Source: Vicinamibacteria bacterium
GTDB taxonomy: Bacteria; Acidobacteriota; Vicinamibacteria; Marinacidobacterales; Marinacidobacteraceae
Assembly (NCBI GenBank): GCA_963555995.3
Contig: OY821641.1
Span: 32,001-96,000 of the forward strand
DNA: 64,000 nt
Direction: 5' to 3'
The notes beneath the pieces were generated by a model. The model had not been told where the DNA came from. It saw nothing but the letters and a program-made list of their open reading frames with translations, and ran no database searches. This document shows, piece by piece, positions 49,429 to 58,028 of this stretch (position 1 is the first letter of the stretch; every line of letters starts with the position of its first letter). A program made the translations under genes and the position numbers.

Positions 49429-50541
49429 CTAGGCGGCCTCCCAGACCTGGACCTCGTTGTAGAGCGCGTCGCGCTCCACGGGGACCTTGCCGGCGTCCTG
49501 GATCATCTGGATGAGCCGCTCGCGGGCGACGCCGACCGGACTCGTCGCCTGCGCGAGATGCGCGATCTTCTCTTCGCCGATGGTTCCGTCGAGGTCACTG
49601 GCTCCGAAGTTCAGCGCCATGGCGGCCGAGTCCTCGCCGAGCATCACCCAGTAAGCCTTGACGTGGGGAAAGTTGTCGAGGAGCAGCCGGGCGCAGGCGA
49701 CGGTTCGGAGATCCTCGAGCACCGACGCCTGACGCTCGGCGAGCCCGGTGTTGCCCGGCTGCAGGGCGAGCGGGATGAACGACTGGAACCCGGCATCCGA
49801 CGGATCGCGGCCGTCCTGCGCTTCCCGAAGCTGGATCATGTGATCCACCCGTTCGGCGAGCGTCTCGATGTGCCCGTAGAGCAGGGTCGCGTTCGTCATG
49901 ATCCCCATGCGATGAGCCGCCCGATGCACTTCGAACCAGCGTTCACGCCCGATCTTGGTCTTGAACGTCTCCTTGCGGACGCGGTCCGAGAACACCTCCG
50001 CGCCACCCCCCGGGAGCGTCCGGAGGCCCGCCTCCTTCAGTTGGATCAGAATGTCCTCGATGGTGGTTTTCTCCAGCCGGGCGAACCAGTCGATCTCGAC
50101 GGCGGTCCACGCCTTGATCTGGACGGTCGGATGGTTCCGATGGATCTCGCGAACGATCTCGAGATAGCGGGCGAAGGGCCACTTGGGGTGCAGGCCGCCG
50201 ACGATATGGACCTCGGAGAGTTCGTCGGATACCTGGGCGAGGACATCCTCGATGGACTGTTCGTAGGCGTGTGCGTCGCCCGGCTTGGCGGCGAAGTCGC
50301 AGAAGACGCAGGAAAGGACGCACAGGTTCGTCGGGTTGATCTGCCGGTTCACCACGAACTGGACCCGGTCCCCGTTGCGCGCCCGGGCGGCGTGGTCCGC
50401 CATCCGGCCCAGCGCCGGCAGGTCAACGGTCCGGAGCAGGGTCATTCCGTCGTCGAAATCGAGGCGGTCTCCGGCCAGGACTTTCTCCCAGATCGGGACC
50501 AGGGAGCGGTCGCGGAACGCGACGCCTTCGGCAATCAGCAC
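49429..50541 (-). CDS. mqnE: Aminofutalosine synthase (radical SAM)
   Basis: INPTNLCVLSCVFCDF, EVHIVGGLHP, IKAWTAVEI, HVKAYWVM, EEKIAH; start GTG 50541 inferred. Confidence 0.88.
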   Translation of the reverse strand: MLIAEGVAFRDRSLVPIWEKVLAGDRLDFDDGMTLLRTVDLPALGRMADHAARARNGDRVQFVVNRQINPTNLCVLSCVFCDFAAKPGDAHAYEQSIEDVLAQVSDELSEVHIVGGLHPKWPFARYLEIVREIHRNHPTVQIKAWTAVEIDWFARLEKTTIEDILIQLKEAGLRTLPGGGAEVFSDRVRKETFKTKIGRERWFEVHRAAHRMGIMTNATLLYGHIETLAERVDHMIQLREAQDGRDPSDAGFQSFIPLALQPGNTGLAERQASVLEDLRTVACARLLLDNFPHVKAYWVMLGEDSAAMALNFGASDLDGTIGEEKIAHLAQATSPVGVARERLIQMIQDAGKVPVERDALYNEVQVWEAA

Positions 50542-50577
50542 AGGGAATCTCGGGGGCGAAAAATCGTAGCACGGCGA

Positions 50578-50719
50578 GGAGCGCCGGTCTTCAGGCCCAA
50601 TACTGTTGCCTTTGGCACGAGACCGCCCTGATTCGATGGCCTGGGGGCCGGTTTGGAGGCACTTCAAGCGATGCTTGAGGTACTAAAGCAACAGTATTGG
50701 GTCTTCAGGCCGGCGCTCC
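50578..50719. repeat. Long imperfect inverted repeat with REP-like ends
   Basis: GGAGCGCCGGTCTTCAGGCCCAATACTGTTGC at 50578 pairs with GCAACAGTATTGGGTCTTCAGGCCGGCGCTCC ending at 50719. Confidence 0.75.
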
Positions 50720-50735
50720 AGAGCGCCGCTCCTAG

Positions 50736-50914
50736 CAGCCTGTGGACAAAGTCACGCGGTGTTCGGCGGGCGATGCATCCCGGCTGAACCGCGCCGCTTT
50801 GCGGCGCTCTGCGTTGCGTTTCGGTCGAAATACACCCGGTATTCCTCCCTCACGCGCCTTGTCAGCCGGGCGCCTCGCCCACCTCGGCGCTCACGTCACT
50901 TTATCCACAGGCTG
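50736..50914 (-). mobile_element. 179-bp MITE-like element (inverted relative to the 49250 copy)
   Basis: CTAG-CAGCCTGTGGACAAAG...CTTTATCCACAGGCTG-CTAG; the right CTAG contains the ubiX stop. Confidence 0.9.
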
Positions 50915-51466
50915 CTAGCGGGTTTCTTCTTCGCGCCACCCGGGGGCGTCGCTGACCCCGAGCACTCCGAGCACCTTGTCGCAGAAGCCGTCCACGACTT
51001 CGGCCATGGAGTCGGGGTTCCGGTACCAGGGAGGGGCCACGGGCATCACGATCCCACCCGCTTCGGAAACGGCGAGGGCGTTCCGCAGGGTGATCGTGGA
51101 CCAGGGGGTCTCGCGCACGCAGAGGACGAGGCGCATGCGCTCCTTGAGGGCGACCTGCGCCGCCCGGGTGATCAGGGTGTCCGCGATTCCGTTCGCGACC
51201 TTGCCCAGCGTCGAAAGGCTGCACGGGATCAGAACGAGGGCGTCGTAGCGGTTGGAACCCGAAGACCAGGGCGCGGCCAGATCGGAGTCGCGATGGACGC
51301 GTCGGACGTGTCCCTTCAGGTCGTCCAGCGCCAGGCCGGTCTCGAGCCGCAGCACCTCCTCTCCCCAGCGGGACACGATGAGGTGTTTCTCGCCCGGACA
51401 GCGTTTCAGGAACCGAACACCGTAAACCGCTCCCGAAGAGCCCGACATGCCGACGACGATTCTCAT
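50915..51466 (-). CDS. ubiX: Flavin prenyltransferase UbiX
   Basis: MRIVVGMSGSSG, SSGS, PCSLSTL, LITRAAQVALKE, RETP. Confidence 0.92.
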   Translation of the reverse strand: MRIVVGMSGSSGAVYGVRFLKRCPGEKHLIVSRWGEEVLRLETGLALDDLKGHVRRVHRDSDLAAPWSSGSNRYDALVLIPCSLSTLGKVANGIADTLITRAAQVALKERMRLVLCVRETPWSTITLRNALAVSEAGGIVMPVAPPWYRNPDSMAEVVDGFCDKVLGVLGVSDAPGWREEETR

Positions 51467-52314
51467 GACCACGGGACGGAAGTTCGGGACAGCAGAATGC
51501 CCAGGAAGACGACGCATCCCAGCACGGCGTTCACCTGAAAGAAGGCGAAGTTCACCCGGTGCCGGAGTTGATGTTGCAAGAGGAAGAGACCGCCGGTGAG
51601 GATGAACAGGAGACCGGGCACCGTGCCCTGCAGCGAGGTGGAGAACAGAATCATAAGAGCAGCGAACGCGAGCGCATGCATCCCGGCAGCAACCCTGGCG
51701 GCCTGCCGGCTTCCGATCGCCGCCGGCAGCGAGAAGACGCCGGTCCGGCGGTCCGATTCCTCGTCGAGGGTTGCATAGAGAATGTCGAAGCCGGCGGACC
51801 AGAGCGCCGTAAAGACGGACAGCATCACGATCGGAAAGAGACCGCGCCACTCGAGAGCCACCGCGTAGAAGCCGCATAGCGGGCCGAGGGCGAGCGTGAC
51901 GCCGAGTCCGAGGTGCGCCCACCGGGTGGTTCGCTTCAGGAGTGGATAACCGACGAAGGCCGCCAGCGGAATGGGAGCGATGGCCAGGCAACGGGGCGAG
52001 ATCGCCCAGGCCGCAAGCAGGGCGACGACGAACGCGAACACCGCCACGGCCACCGCACTGCGAAGAGAGATCTCGCCGGCCGGCAGGGCGCGATTCGCGG
52101 TGCGTGGATTCTGTGCGTCGAGGCGACGGTCGAGGATGCGGTTCAGCCCCAGCGCGGTCGTGCGCGCCCCCGTGGCCGCGATGAGAATCAACACCGCCGT
52201 GCGCAGCGTGAGTGGAGGTTCCGCGAGCAGCGCGCCCGCATAGATCAGCGGCACCGAGAACAGCGTATGTTCGATCTTGAGGTAGTCGGCCCAGACCTTG
52301 AGGCGGTGTTTCAT
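51463..52314 (-). CDS. UbiA-like polyprenyltransferase of the futalosine pathway (MqnP-like)
   Basis: KIEHTLFS, NRILDRRLDAQNPRTANRALPAG, GFDILYATLDEESDR, AFFQVN. Confidence 0.88.
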   Translation of the reverse strand: MKHRLKVWADYLKIEHTLFSVPLIYAGALLAEPPLTLRTAVLILIAATGARTTALGLNRILDRRLDAQNPRTANRALPAGEISLRSAVAVAVFAFVVALLAAWAISPRCLAIAPIPLAAFVGYPLLKRTTRWAHLGLGVTLALGPLCGFYAVALEWRGLFPIVMLSVFTALWSAGFDILYATLDEESDRRTGVFSLPAAIGSRQAARVAAGMHALAFAALMILFSTSLQGTVPGLLFILTGGLFLLQHQLRHRVNFAFFQVNAVLGCVVFLGILLSRTSVPWS

Positions 52315-52453
52315 CGATGGCGGCAGGTTACCGGACGCGTCCCGGACAAAGTTTCCTTATGCTCGCGTGGCCACGGTTGCCGTGGAGATGCAGTGTAGGC
52401 GAGCGGTCCACCGCCGCTCCTGGCAATCCATCCCTTGGGGAGATATCCATAGG

Positions 52454-52483
52454 TTGACCAAACCTCGAACGCGGTGTTACGCT
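52454..52483 (+). promoter_or_regulatory. Putative sigma70 promoter of the histone-like gene
   Basis: TTGACC, 18-nt spacer ending in TGT, then TACGCT (extended -10). Confidence 0.45.
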
Positions 52484-52569
52484 GAATTCGTGGGTTGCAC
52501 AGCCGAGCCCGGTTTCGTTGGTTCGTTTCCGGTCGGGCCGGTTCCTCGCGAGGGGTGAAAGGACCTGTA

Positions 52570-53715
52570 ATGAAGAAAAAGGCCAGACGGTCGGCCAAGA
52601 AGAAAACGCGCAGGAAGGTCGCTGCGCGTGTGGCGTCGCGTACAGGCGCCACCCGAAAGAAAGTCTCGCGCAAGAAGGCAACGCGTAAGCGGTTGACGCG
52701 CACCGCGACGGCGCGCAAGGCAACGCGCAAGAAGGCAGCGCGCAAGAAAGTGACCCGGAGGAAGGTGTCGCGCAAGAAAGCCACCCGCAAGAAGGTGACC
52801 CGGAAGAAGGCGACCCGGAAGAAGGCGTCCCGAAAGAAAGTGACTCGCAAGAAGGCCACTCGGAAGAAGGCGACCCGCAAGAAAGCGTCCCGGAAGAAAG
52901 CCACCCGAAAGAAGGCCACGCGCAAGAAGGCATCCCGGAAGAAGGCATCCCGGAAGAAAGCCACCCGAAAGAAGGCCACGCGGAAGAAGGCGACCCGAAA
53001 GAAGACCACGCGCAAGAAGGCGTCCCGGAAGAAGGTGACCCGGAAGAAGGTGACCCGGAAGAAGGCGACCCGCAAGAAGGCGTCCCGGAAGAAAGCCACC
53101 CGCAAGAAGGCGACCCGCAAGAAGGCATCCCGGAAGAAGGCGACCCGCAAGAAGGCGTCCCGGAAGAAAGCCACCCGCAAGAAGGCGACCCGCAAGAAGG
53201 CATCCCGGAAGAAGGCGACCCGAAAGAAGGCCACGCGCAAGAAGGCGTCCCGGAAGAAGGTGACCCGGAAGAAGGTGACCCGCAAGAAGGCGTCCCGGAA
53301 GAAAGCCACCCGGAAGAAAGCCACCCGGAAGAAAGCCACCCGGAAGAAGGCGACCCGGAAGAAGGCCACGCGGAAGAAGGCGTCCCGGAAGAAAGCCACC
53401 CGGAAGAAGGCGACCCGGAAGAAGGCCACGCGGAAGAAGGCGTCCCGGAAGAAAGCCACCCGGAAGAAGGCGACCCGGAAGAAGGCGACCCGGAAGAAGG
53501 CGACCCGCAAGAAGGCGACCCGCAAGAAGGCGACCCGCAAGAAGGCATCCCGGAAGAAAGCCACCCGCAAGAAGGCGACCCGCAAGAAGGCGACTCGAAA
53601 GAAGGCGACTCGCAAGAAGGCGACCCGGAAGAAGGCCACCCGCGCCGCCGCGGCGCCGCCCGAGCCCCCCGCGGTGACCTCACCTCCGGCGCCGGAACCG
53701 GCCGCCTCTTCCTAG
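52570..53715 (+). CDS. Histone H1-like, highly basic pentapeptide-repeat protein
   Basis: ATG 52570 after AAGGA; 61 consecutive RKK(A/V/T)(T/S/A)-type units at 52726-53640; synonymous third-position variation; Pro/Ala tail. Confidence 0.85.
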   Translation: MKKKARRSAKKKTRRKVAARVASRTGATRKKVSRKKATRKRLTRTATARKATRKKAARKKVTRRKVSRKKATRKKVTRKKATRKKASRKKVTRKKATRKKATRKKASRKKATRKKATRKKASRKKASRKKATRKKATRKKATRKKTTRKKASRKKVTRKKVTRKKATRKKASRKKATRKKATRKKASRKKATRKKASRKKATRKKATRKKASRKKATRKKATRKKASRKKVTRKKVTRKKASRKKATRKKATRKKATRKKATRKKATRKKASRKKATRKKATRKKATRKKASRKKATRKKATRKKATRKKATRKKATRKKATRKKASRKKATRKKATRKKATRKKATRKKATRKKATRAAAAPPEPPAVTSPPAPEPAASS

Positions 53716-53903
53716 CCGGTTCCGCCCGGACCAGCCGGCGGGCCGCGCTTCGCCGCCGGGATGCAGGGGTCCGCCCCCCGATGGAACCGGGGTCGGCGCC
53801 ACCGGTCTCGGGGTCGTTTCGAGGCCGGTCCCTATGCTAAATTCTTCGGCCCGCTACCCGCGATTTCCACAACTTCCACTGCTTCGGGGAGGAGAGTTCC
53901 GCC

Positions 53904-55292
53904 GTGCGTTTCCACTGTCCGCCATCCACCAAGGGCGCCAGCCGCTGGCGTCGCAGCATCGTCGTCGCCGGATTCTGCCTGGCTCTCACCGCCAGCGCCT
54001 GCGGCGGGCCGGACATCGGCGTTACCGGGGAGGAAATCCGCCTGGGCAGTTTCGCTCCGCTGACGGGACCCTATGCGGCGCTTGGCAACGTCGGGCGCTC
54101 GATGGCCGCCTACTTCGAGTGGCTCAACGATCAGGGGGGCATCCACGGCCGCATGGTCCATCTGAGTCTCAAGGACGATCAGGGAGATCCCGAGCGGACT
54201 CCGGCCCTCGTTGAGGAACTGTTGCGGGAGGAGCAGGTCTTCGCGATGGTGGGCGGGATGAGCAGCGCCAACACCCTCGCGGTCCGGGAAGCGGTGGGTT
54301 TGCGGCTGGTGCCCTGGGTGAATCCCGGCTCCAGCGCACGGGAGTGGACAGACCCGCTCGACGCCTACATCTTCTCCATTCTGCCCACCTCCGTTACCGC
54401 GGCGCAGGTTCTGGCCCGCTACGCGATGAGTGAACTGGGGGTGAACCGGATCGCCTCGCTGGCGGAAGACACCCCCTTCGGGATCCAGGGGCAGGAGGGC
54501 TACCGGCTGGGTGTCCGGCGCTTCTACGAGCAGGTGGCGGACGCGCTTCCGGAAGGCGTGGAGGTGCGCTACGCGCGGATCTCCAGCCGTCCCCGGCGCC
54601 CGCGGACCGAGGACCCCACCAGCGAGGGATGGCACGAGTACCCGACCGGAGGCGAAGGGGTCCTGTGGCGGGTCCAGCGGGTTGACGGCGGCCGTTGGGG
54701 CCGGCCCGAGGCTGCTCCGGAAGACGTCGGGATGCGTCGCAGCCCGAAGGAAGGCGGCGGCATGGAAGCTGCCCTCGCCGAGTTCAAGGAAAAGCAGGCC
54801 GGGGCGATTCTCATCTGGGGCGTCGCCGAGTACGGCGCCGAGGTCGTGAAGGCGATCGCCGCCGATCCGGACTGGAATCCGATCCTGCTCGGTGGGTTCG
54901 CGATGGCCGATACGGCGATGATCGATCTCGCGGGCGAGGCGTTCGAGGGAGCGATCGTGGCCTCGACCACCCCCGACCTCTCGGTTGATTCGGACTCCAC
55001 CCGCCTCGTGAAGCAGATTCTCGCCGACTACGCGCCCGACGTGCCGTTCGGCGACTACGCCATGCTGGGAATGGCCTGGGCTCAACTGGCTCACGAGGGC
55101 ATGGAACGGGCCGGAGAGGACCTCAGGCGCATCAACCTCATTCGCGCCCTCGAAACCATTGACAACTGGCAGGGCCTGCTGGGTCATCCCGTGACGTTCT
55201 CCGACGAGAGTCACCTCGGTTTCGACGCGGTGACGCTGAAGCGCGTCGAGGACGGCGAGTTCGTCGCCATCACCGGCTGGCTCTCGGAGTAG
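53904..55292 (+). CDS. LivJ/K-type ABC substrate-binding lipoprotein
   Basis: ASAC lipobox; IRLGSFAPLTGPYA; NDQGGIHGR; DDQGDP. Confidence 0.85.
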   Translation: MRFHCPPSTKGASRWRRSIVVAGFCLALTASACGGPDIGVTGEEIRLGSFAPLTGPYAALGNVGRSMAAYFEWLNDQGGIHGRMVHLSLKDDQGDPERTPALVEELLREEQVFAMVGGMSSANTLAVREAVGLRLVPWVNPGSSAREWTDPLDAYIFSILPTSVTAAQVLARYAMSELGVNRIASLAEDTPFGIQGQEGYRLGVRRFYEQVADALPEGVEVRYARISSRPRRPRTEDPTSEGWHEYPTGGEGVLWRVQRVDGGRWGRPEAAPEDVGMRRSPKEGGGMEAALAEFKEKQAGAILIWGVAEYGAEVVKAIAADPDWNPILLGGFAMADTAMIDLAGEAFEGAIVASTTPDLSVDSDSTRLVKQILADYAPDVPFGDYAMLGMAWAQLAHEGMERAGEDLRRINLIRALETIDNWQGLLGHPVTFSDESHLGFDAVTLKRVEDGEFVAITGWLSE

Positions 55293-55326
55293 TCCGAACC
55301 CGCGCGCGCCTTGGTGGCCCGGCGGC

Positions 55327-55486
55327 TTGGAACGCCGGCTTCAGCCGGCACAGCGGCCCGCAGGGCCGCGGGCGGTTCGTCGCTACCCCGGGCCCAGTGG
55401 CGCGCGCAGCCGCGCCATCTCGGGGCGTGAGGTCCTTCCCGCCGCCCGCCTCCGGCGGGCTGTGCCGGCTGAAGCCGGCGTTCCAA
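55327..55486. repeat. REPIN-like element
   Basis: Same inverted 25-bp arms, between convergent genes. Confidence 0.9.
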
Positions 55487-55547
55487 GCCGGTGGCGCCAT
55501 CCGGGCTGGTGGCCAACGCCGCACGGGCGCACTCTCACAGCAACTGA

Positions 55548-55584
55548 CCGCTCTCGGCGCTCACGCGGGTTTGTCCACAGGCTC
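55548..55584 (-). repeat. Partial end of the 179-bp MITE family, overlapping the livF stop
   Basis: CCGCTCTCGGCGCTCACGCGGGTTTGTCCACAGGCT resembles 50878-50913. Confidence 0.65.
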
Positions 55585-56328
55585 CTGAACCCCGGTCCCC
55601 GGGGATCCGGCGCCTGCCGTTCGTCCGAGATACGCCTGGCGCACCTGCGGGTCGTCGAGCAGTTCCTCTCCGCTTCCCTGGCGGACGATCCTGCCGCCTT
55701 CGAGGACGTAGGCGCGTTCCGCGATCTCGAGCGCGCGCACCACGTTCTGCTCGACGAGCAGCACCGCCACCCCGTCCCTGCGGATCGCCTGGATGGTGTC
55801 GAACACGGTGTCCACCACCCGGGGCGACAGCCCCAGTGACGGTTCGTCCATCAGCAGGAGCTTCGGCGAGGCCATGAGCGCCCGGCCGATCGCGGCCATC
55901 TGGCGTTCTCCTCCGGAAAGGGTGCCCGCCAGTTGTCCGGCCCGCTCGGCGAGCCGCGGCAGGAGTTCGAAGACGGTGTCCAGCCGCTCGGCCGGGGAGC
56001 CCTTCCGGCGGACGGCGTAGGCGCCCAGCCGCAGGTTCTCGGCCACCGTCATTTCGGGCCAGATCCGGCTCCCTTCGGGTACGTGCGCGATGCCGGCCTC
56101 GACGACCCGCGTCGAAGAGGCGCCCACCATGGAGCGTCCGTCGAACCGGATCTCACCGGACTCCGGTCGGGACAGATCGCTGATCGCGCGGAGCGTGGTC
56201 GTCTTGCCGGCGCCGTTCGCCCCGAGCAGGGCCACCACTTCCCGCCGGTCCACCTCGAAGCTGACCCCGCGGAGCGCCGGCACGCCGCCGCGGCGGACCT
56301 TCAGGTCGCGAACCTCCAGAAGACTCAT
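55561..56328 (-). CDS. livF: Branched-chain amino acid ABC ATPase LivF-like
   Basis: GANGAGKTT, HVPEG, LSGGERQM, DEPSLGL, VEQN. Confidence 0.92.
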   Translation of the reverse strand: MSLLEVRDLKVRRGGVPALRGVSFEVDRREVVALLGANGAGKTTTLRAISDLSRPESGEIRFDGRSMVGASSTRVVEAGIAHVPEGSRIWPEMTVAENLRLGAYAVRRKGSPAERLDTVFELLPRLAERAGQLAGTLSGGERQMAAIGRALMASPKLLLMDEPSLGLSPRVVDTVFDTIQAIRRDGVAVLLVEQNVVRALEIAERAYVLEGGRIVRQGSGEELLDDPQVRQAYLGRTAGAGSPGTGVQEPVDKPA

Positions 56329-56341
56329 CGGCGCAACCCCC

Positions 56342-57088
56342 TCACGCCCCGGCGGACCGGCCCAGATACGCCTCGATCACCGCGGGATCCCGGGTCACCT
56401 CCTCCGGGGTGCCGATGGCGATGGTGGCGCCGTGGTCGAGCACGTGGACGCGGTGGGAGATGTCCATGACCGCCTCCATGACGTGTTCGACGTAGATGAT
56501 GCCGATCCCGCTCGCGTGAACCTCCCGGAGGATCCCGACCGTTTCCCGGACCTCCGTGGGATTGAGCCCGGCGGCGACCTCGTCCACCAGCAGCACCCGG
56601 GGCCGGGTGGCGAGCGCGCGGGCGAGGTCGAGCCGCTTCCGTTCGGCCAGATTCAGCGAATGGACGGGCGCGTTCCGTCGGGGCTCGAGCCGCGTCAGGG
56701 CGACGCATCGGTCGGCCGTCTCGGAAGCGGAGGTCCCGGGGACCCGCCGCCCGAACTGCGCCCCCACGAGGACGCTTTCGAACGCGGTCATGGCCAGGAA
56801 GGGGCGCGGAACCTGAAAGGTGCGGGCGAGCCCCAGCCGGCAGATCCGGTGGGCGGGGAGCCGGTGGATTTCCCGCCCCTCGAGGAGGATCTCCCCGGAA
56901 TCGGGAGCGAACTGCCCGCTGAGGAGGTTGAAGAGCGTCGTCTTGCCGGCGCCGTTCGGACCGATGAGACCGAGGATCTCCCCTTCCCGCAGCGTCAGGT
57001 CGAGCCGGTGCACTGCCGTGAGGCCCCCGAAGCGCTTGACGACCCCGCGTGCTTCGACCAGGGCCGAGCCCGCGTCCGGCCCGCTCAA
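56342..57088 (-). CDS. livG: Branched-chain amino acid ABC ATPase LivG-like
   Basis: FGGLTAV, GPNGAGKTT, RTFQ, DEVAAGLN, VEHVM, EAYLG; TTG start overlapping the livM stop. Confidence 0.9.
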   Translation of the reverse strand: MSGPDAGSALVEARGVVKRFGGLTAVHRLDLTLREGEILGLIGPNGAGKTTLFNLLSGQFAPDSGEILLEGREIHRLPAHRICRLGLARTFQVPRPFLAMTAFESVLVGAQFGRRVPGTSASETADRCVALTRLEPRRNAPVHSLNLAERKRLDLARALATRPRVLLVDEVAAGLNPTEVRETVGILREVHASGIGIIYVEHVMEAVMDISHRVHVLDHGATIAIGTPEEVTRDPAVIEAYLGRSAGA

Positions 57089-58026
57089 GAGGCCCTCCTG
57101 CGGATCAGCCTCACGAACTGGGCGAGGCGCGGCGCCGCCCCCCGCGGTTCCAGCAGGATGATGAAGATGAGCAGCGCCCCGAACGCCGCGAGGTGGATGT
57201 CCGCGAGACTGGCGAGCACGAACTGCTCGAGGAAGAGGTAGATCCCGGCGCCCAGCACCGGCCCCATCACGGTGCCGATCCCGCCCACCAGCACCATGAG
57301 CACCAGGCTGATCGAGAGATCGAAGCCGAACACCTTCTCCGGGACGATGTAGAGGGTGAACACCGCGTAGTAGCTGCCGGCGAGCCCGGTCAGGGCGGCA
57401 GTGATGGCGAAGACCGTGACCTGTTGCCGGGCGACGTTGACGCCGGAAGCGGCGGCGGCCTGTGCGTCCTCGCGGAGCGCGATCAGTCCGAGCCCTAGAC
57501 GCGAACGCCGCACCGCGGCGCTGACGAGTACCGCTGCCACGGCGAGGACGGCCCCGAGCGCGTAGAGCAGGACCGGCCCCAGGTCCTGCTCGAGCGGCAG
57601 CGTGAGGCCCGAAGCGCCGCCGGCCGCCTCGATGTGGTTCGCCACGATCCGCGTTGCTTCCGCCACCCCGATCGTGGCGATGGCGAAATAGGGCCCGCGG
57701 AGGCGGAGGCAGGGCCATCCCCAGGCGACCCCGTAGAGCGCCGCGAGAACGGCGGCCGCCGGCATGGTCAGAAAGGGGTGAAAGCCGGCCAGCCACAGCA
57801 TGGAGGTGGCGTAGGCGCCCACCCCGAAGAGCGACGCGTTGCCGAACGAGATCTGCCCGGCGAAGCCCCCCACCAGGTTCCAGGCGCTGGCCAGCAGGAC
57901 GTTCAGGAACAGGAGCTGCGCGAGCCGCGAGCTGTAGGGATTGGCGAGCAGCAGCGGGGCGATCAGCGCCAGTCCGGCCAGCGCCCCCAGGCCGAGAAGG
58001 AGGTGGCGCCGGGCGAACGAAGACAT
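57085..58026 (-). CDS. livM: ABC permease LivM-like
   Basis: WNLVGGFAGQISFG, LRGPYFAIAT, GGIGTVMGPVLG. Confidence 0.9.
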   Translation of the reverse strand: MSSFARRHLLLGLGALAGLALIAPLLLANPYSSRLAQLLFLNVLLASAWNLVGGFAGQISFGNASLFGVGAYATSMLWLAGFHPFLTMPAAAVLAALYGVAWGWPCLRLRGPYFAIATIGVAEATRIVANHIEAAGGASGLTLPLEQDLGPVLLYALGAVLAVAAVLVSAAVRRSRLGLGLIALREDAQAAAASGVNVARQQVTVFAITAALTGLAGSYYAVFTLYIVPEKVFGFDLSISLVLMVLVGGIGTVMGPVLGAGIYLFLEQFVLASLADIHLAAFGALLIFIILLEPRGAAPRLAQFVRLIRRRAS

Positions 58027-58028
58027 CG

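Noticed and set aside
49255-50909. Replication origin suggested by DnaA boxes
   Set aside because: The boxes are all within repeat termini; no AT-rich unwinding element and no dnaA/dnaN nearby.
52311-53683. Antisense ORFs over the histone-like repeat (VAFFR and SPSSG repeats); one ends in an ATGA overlap with the prenyltransferase start
   Set aside because: The repeat has no stops on the opposite strand by construction. Variation is synonymous for the RKKAT reading and the promoter/SD favour the plus strand, so the overlap is probably chance.
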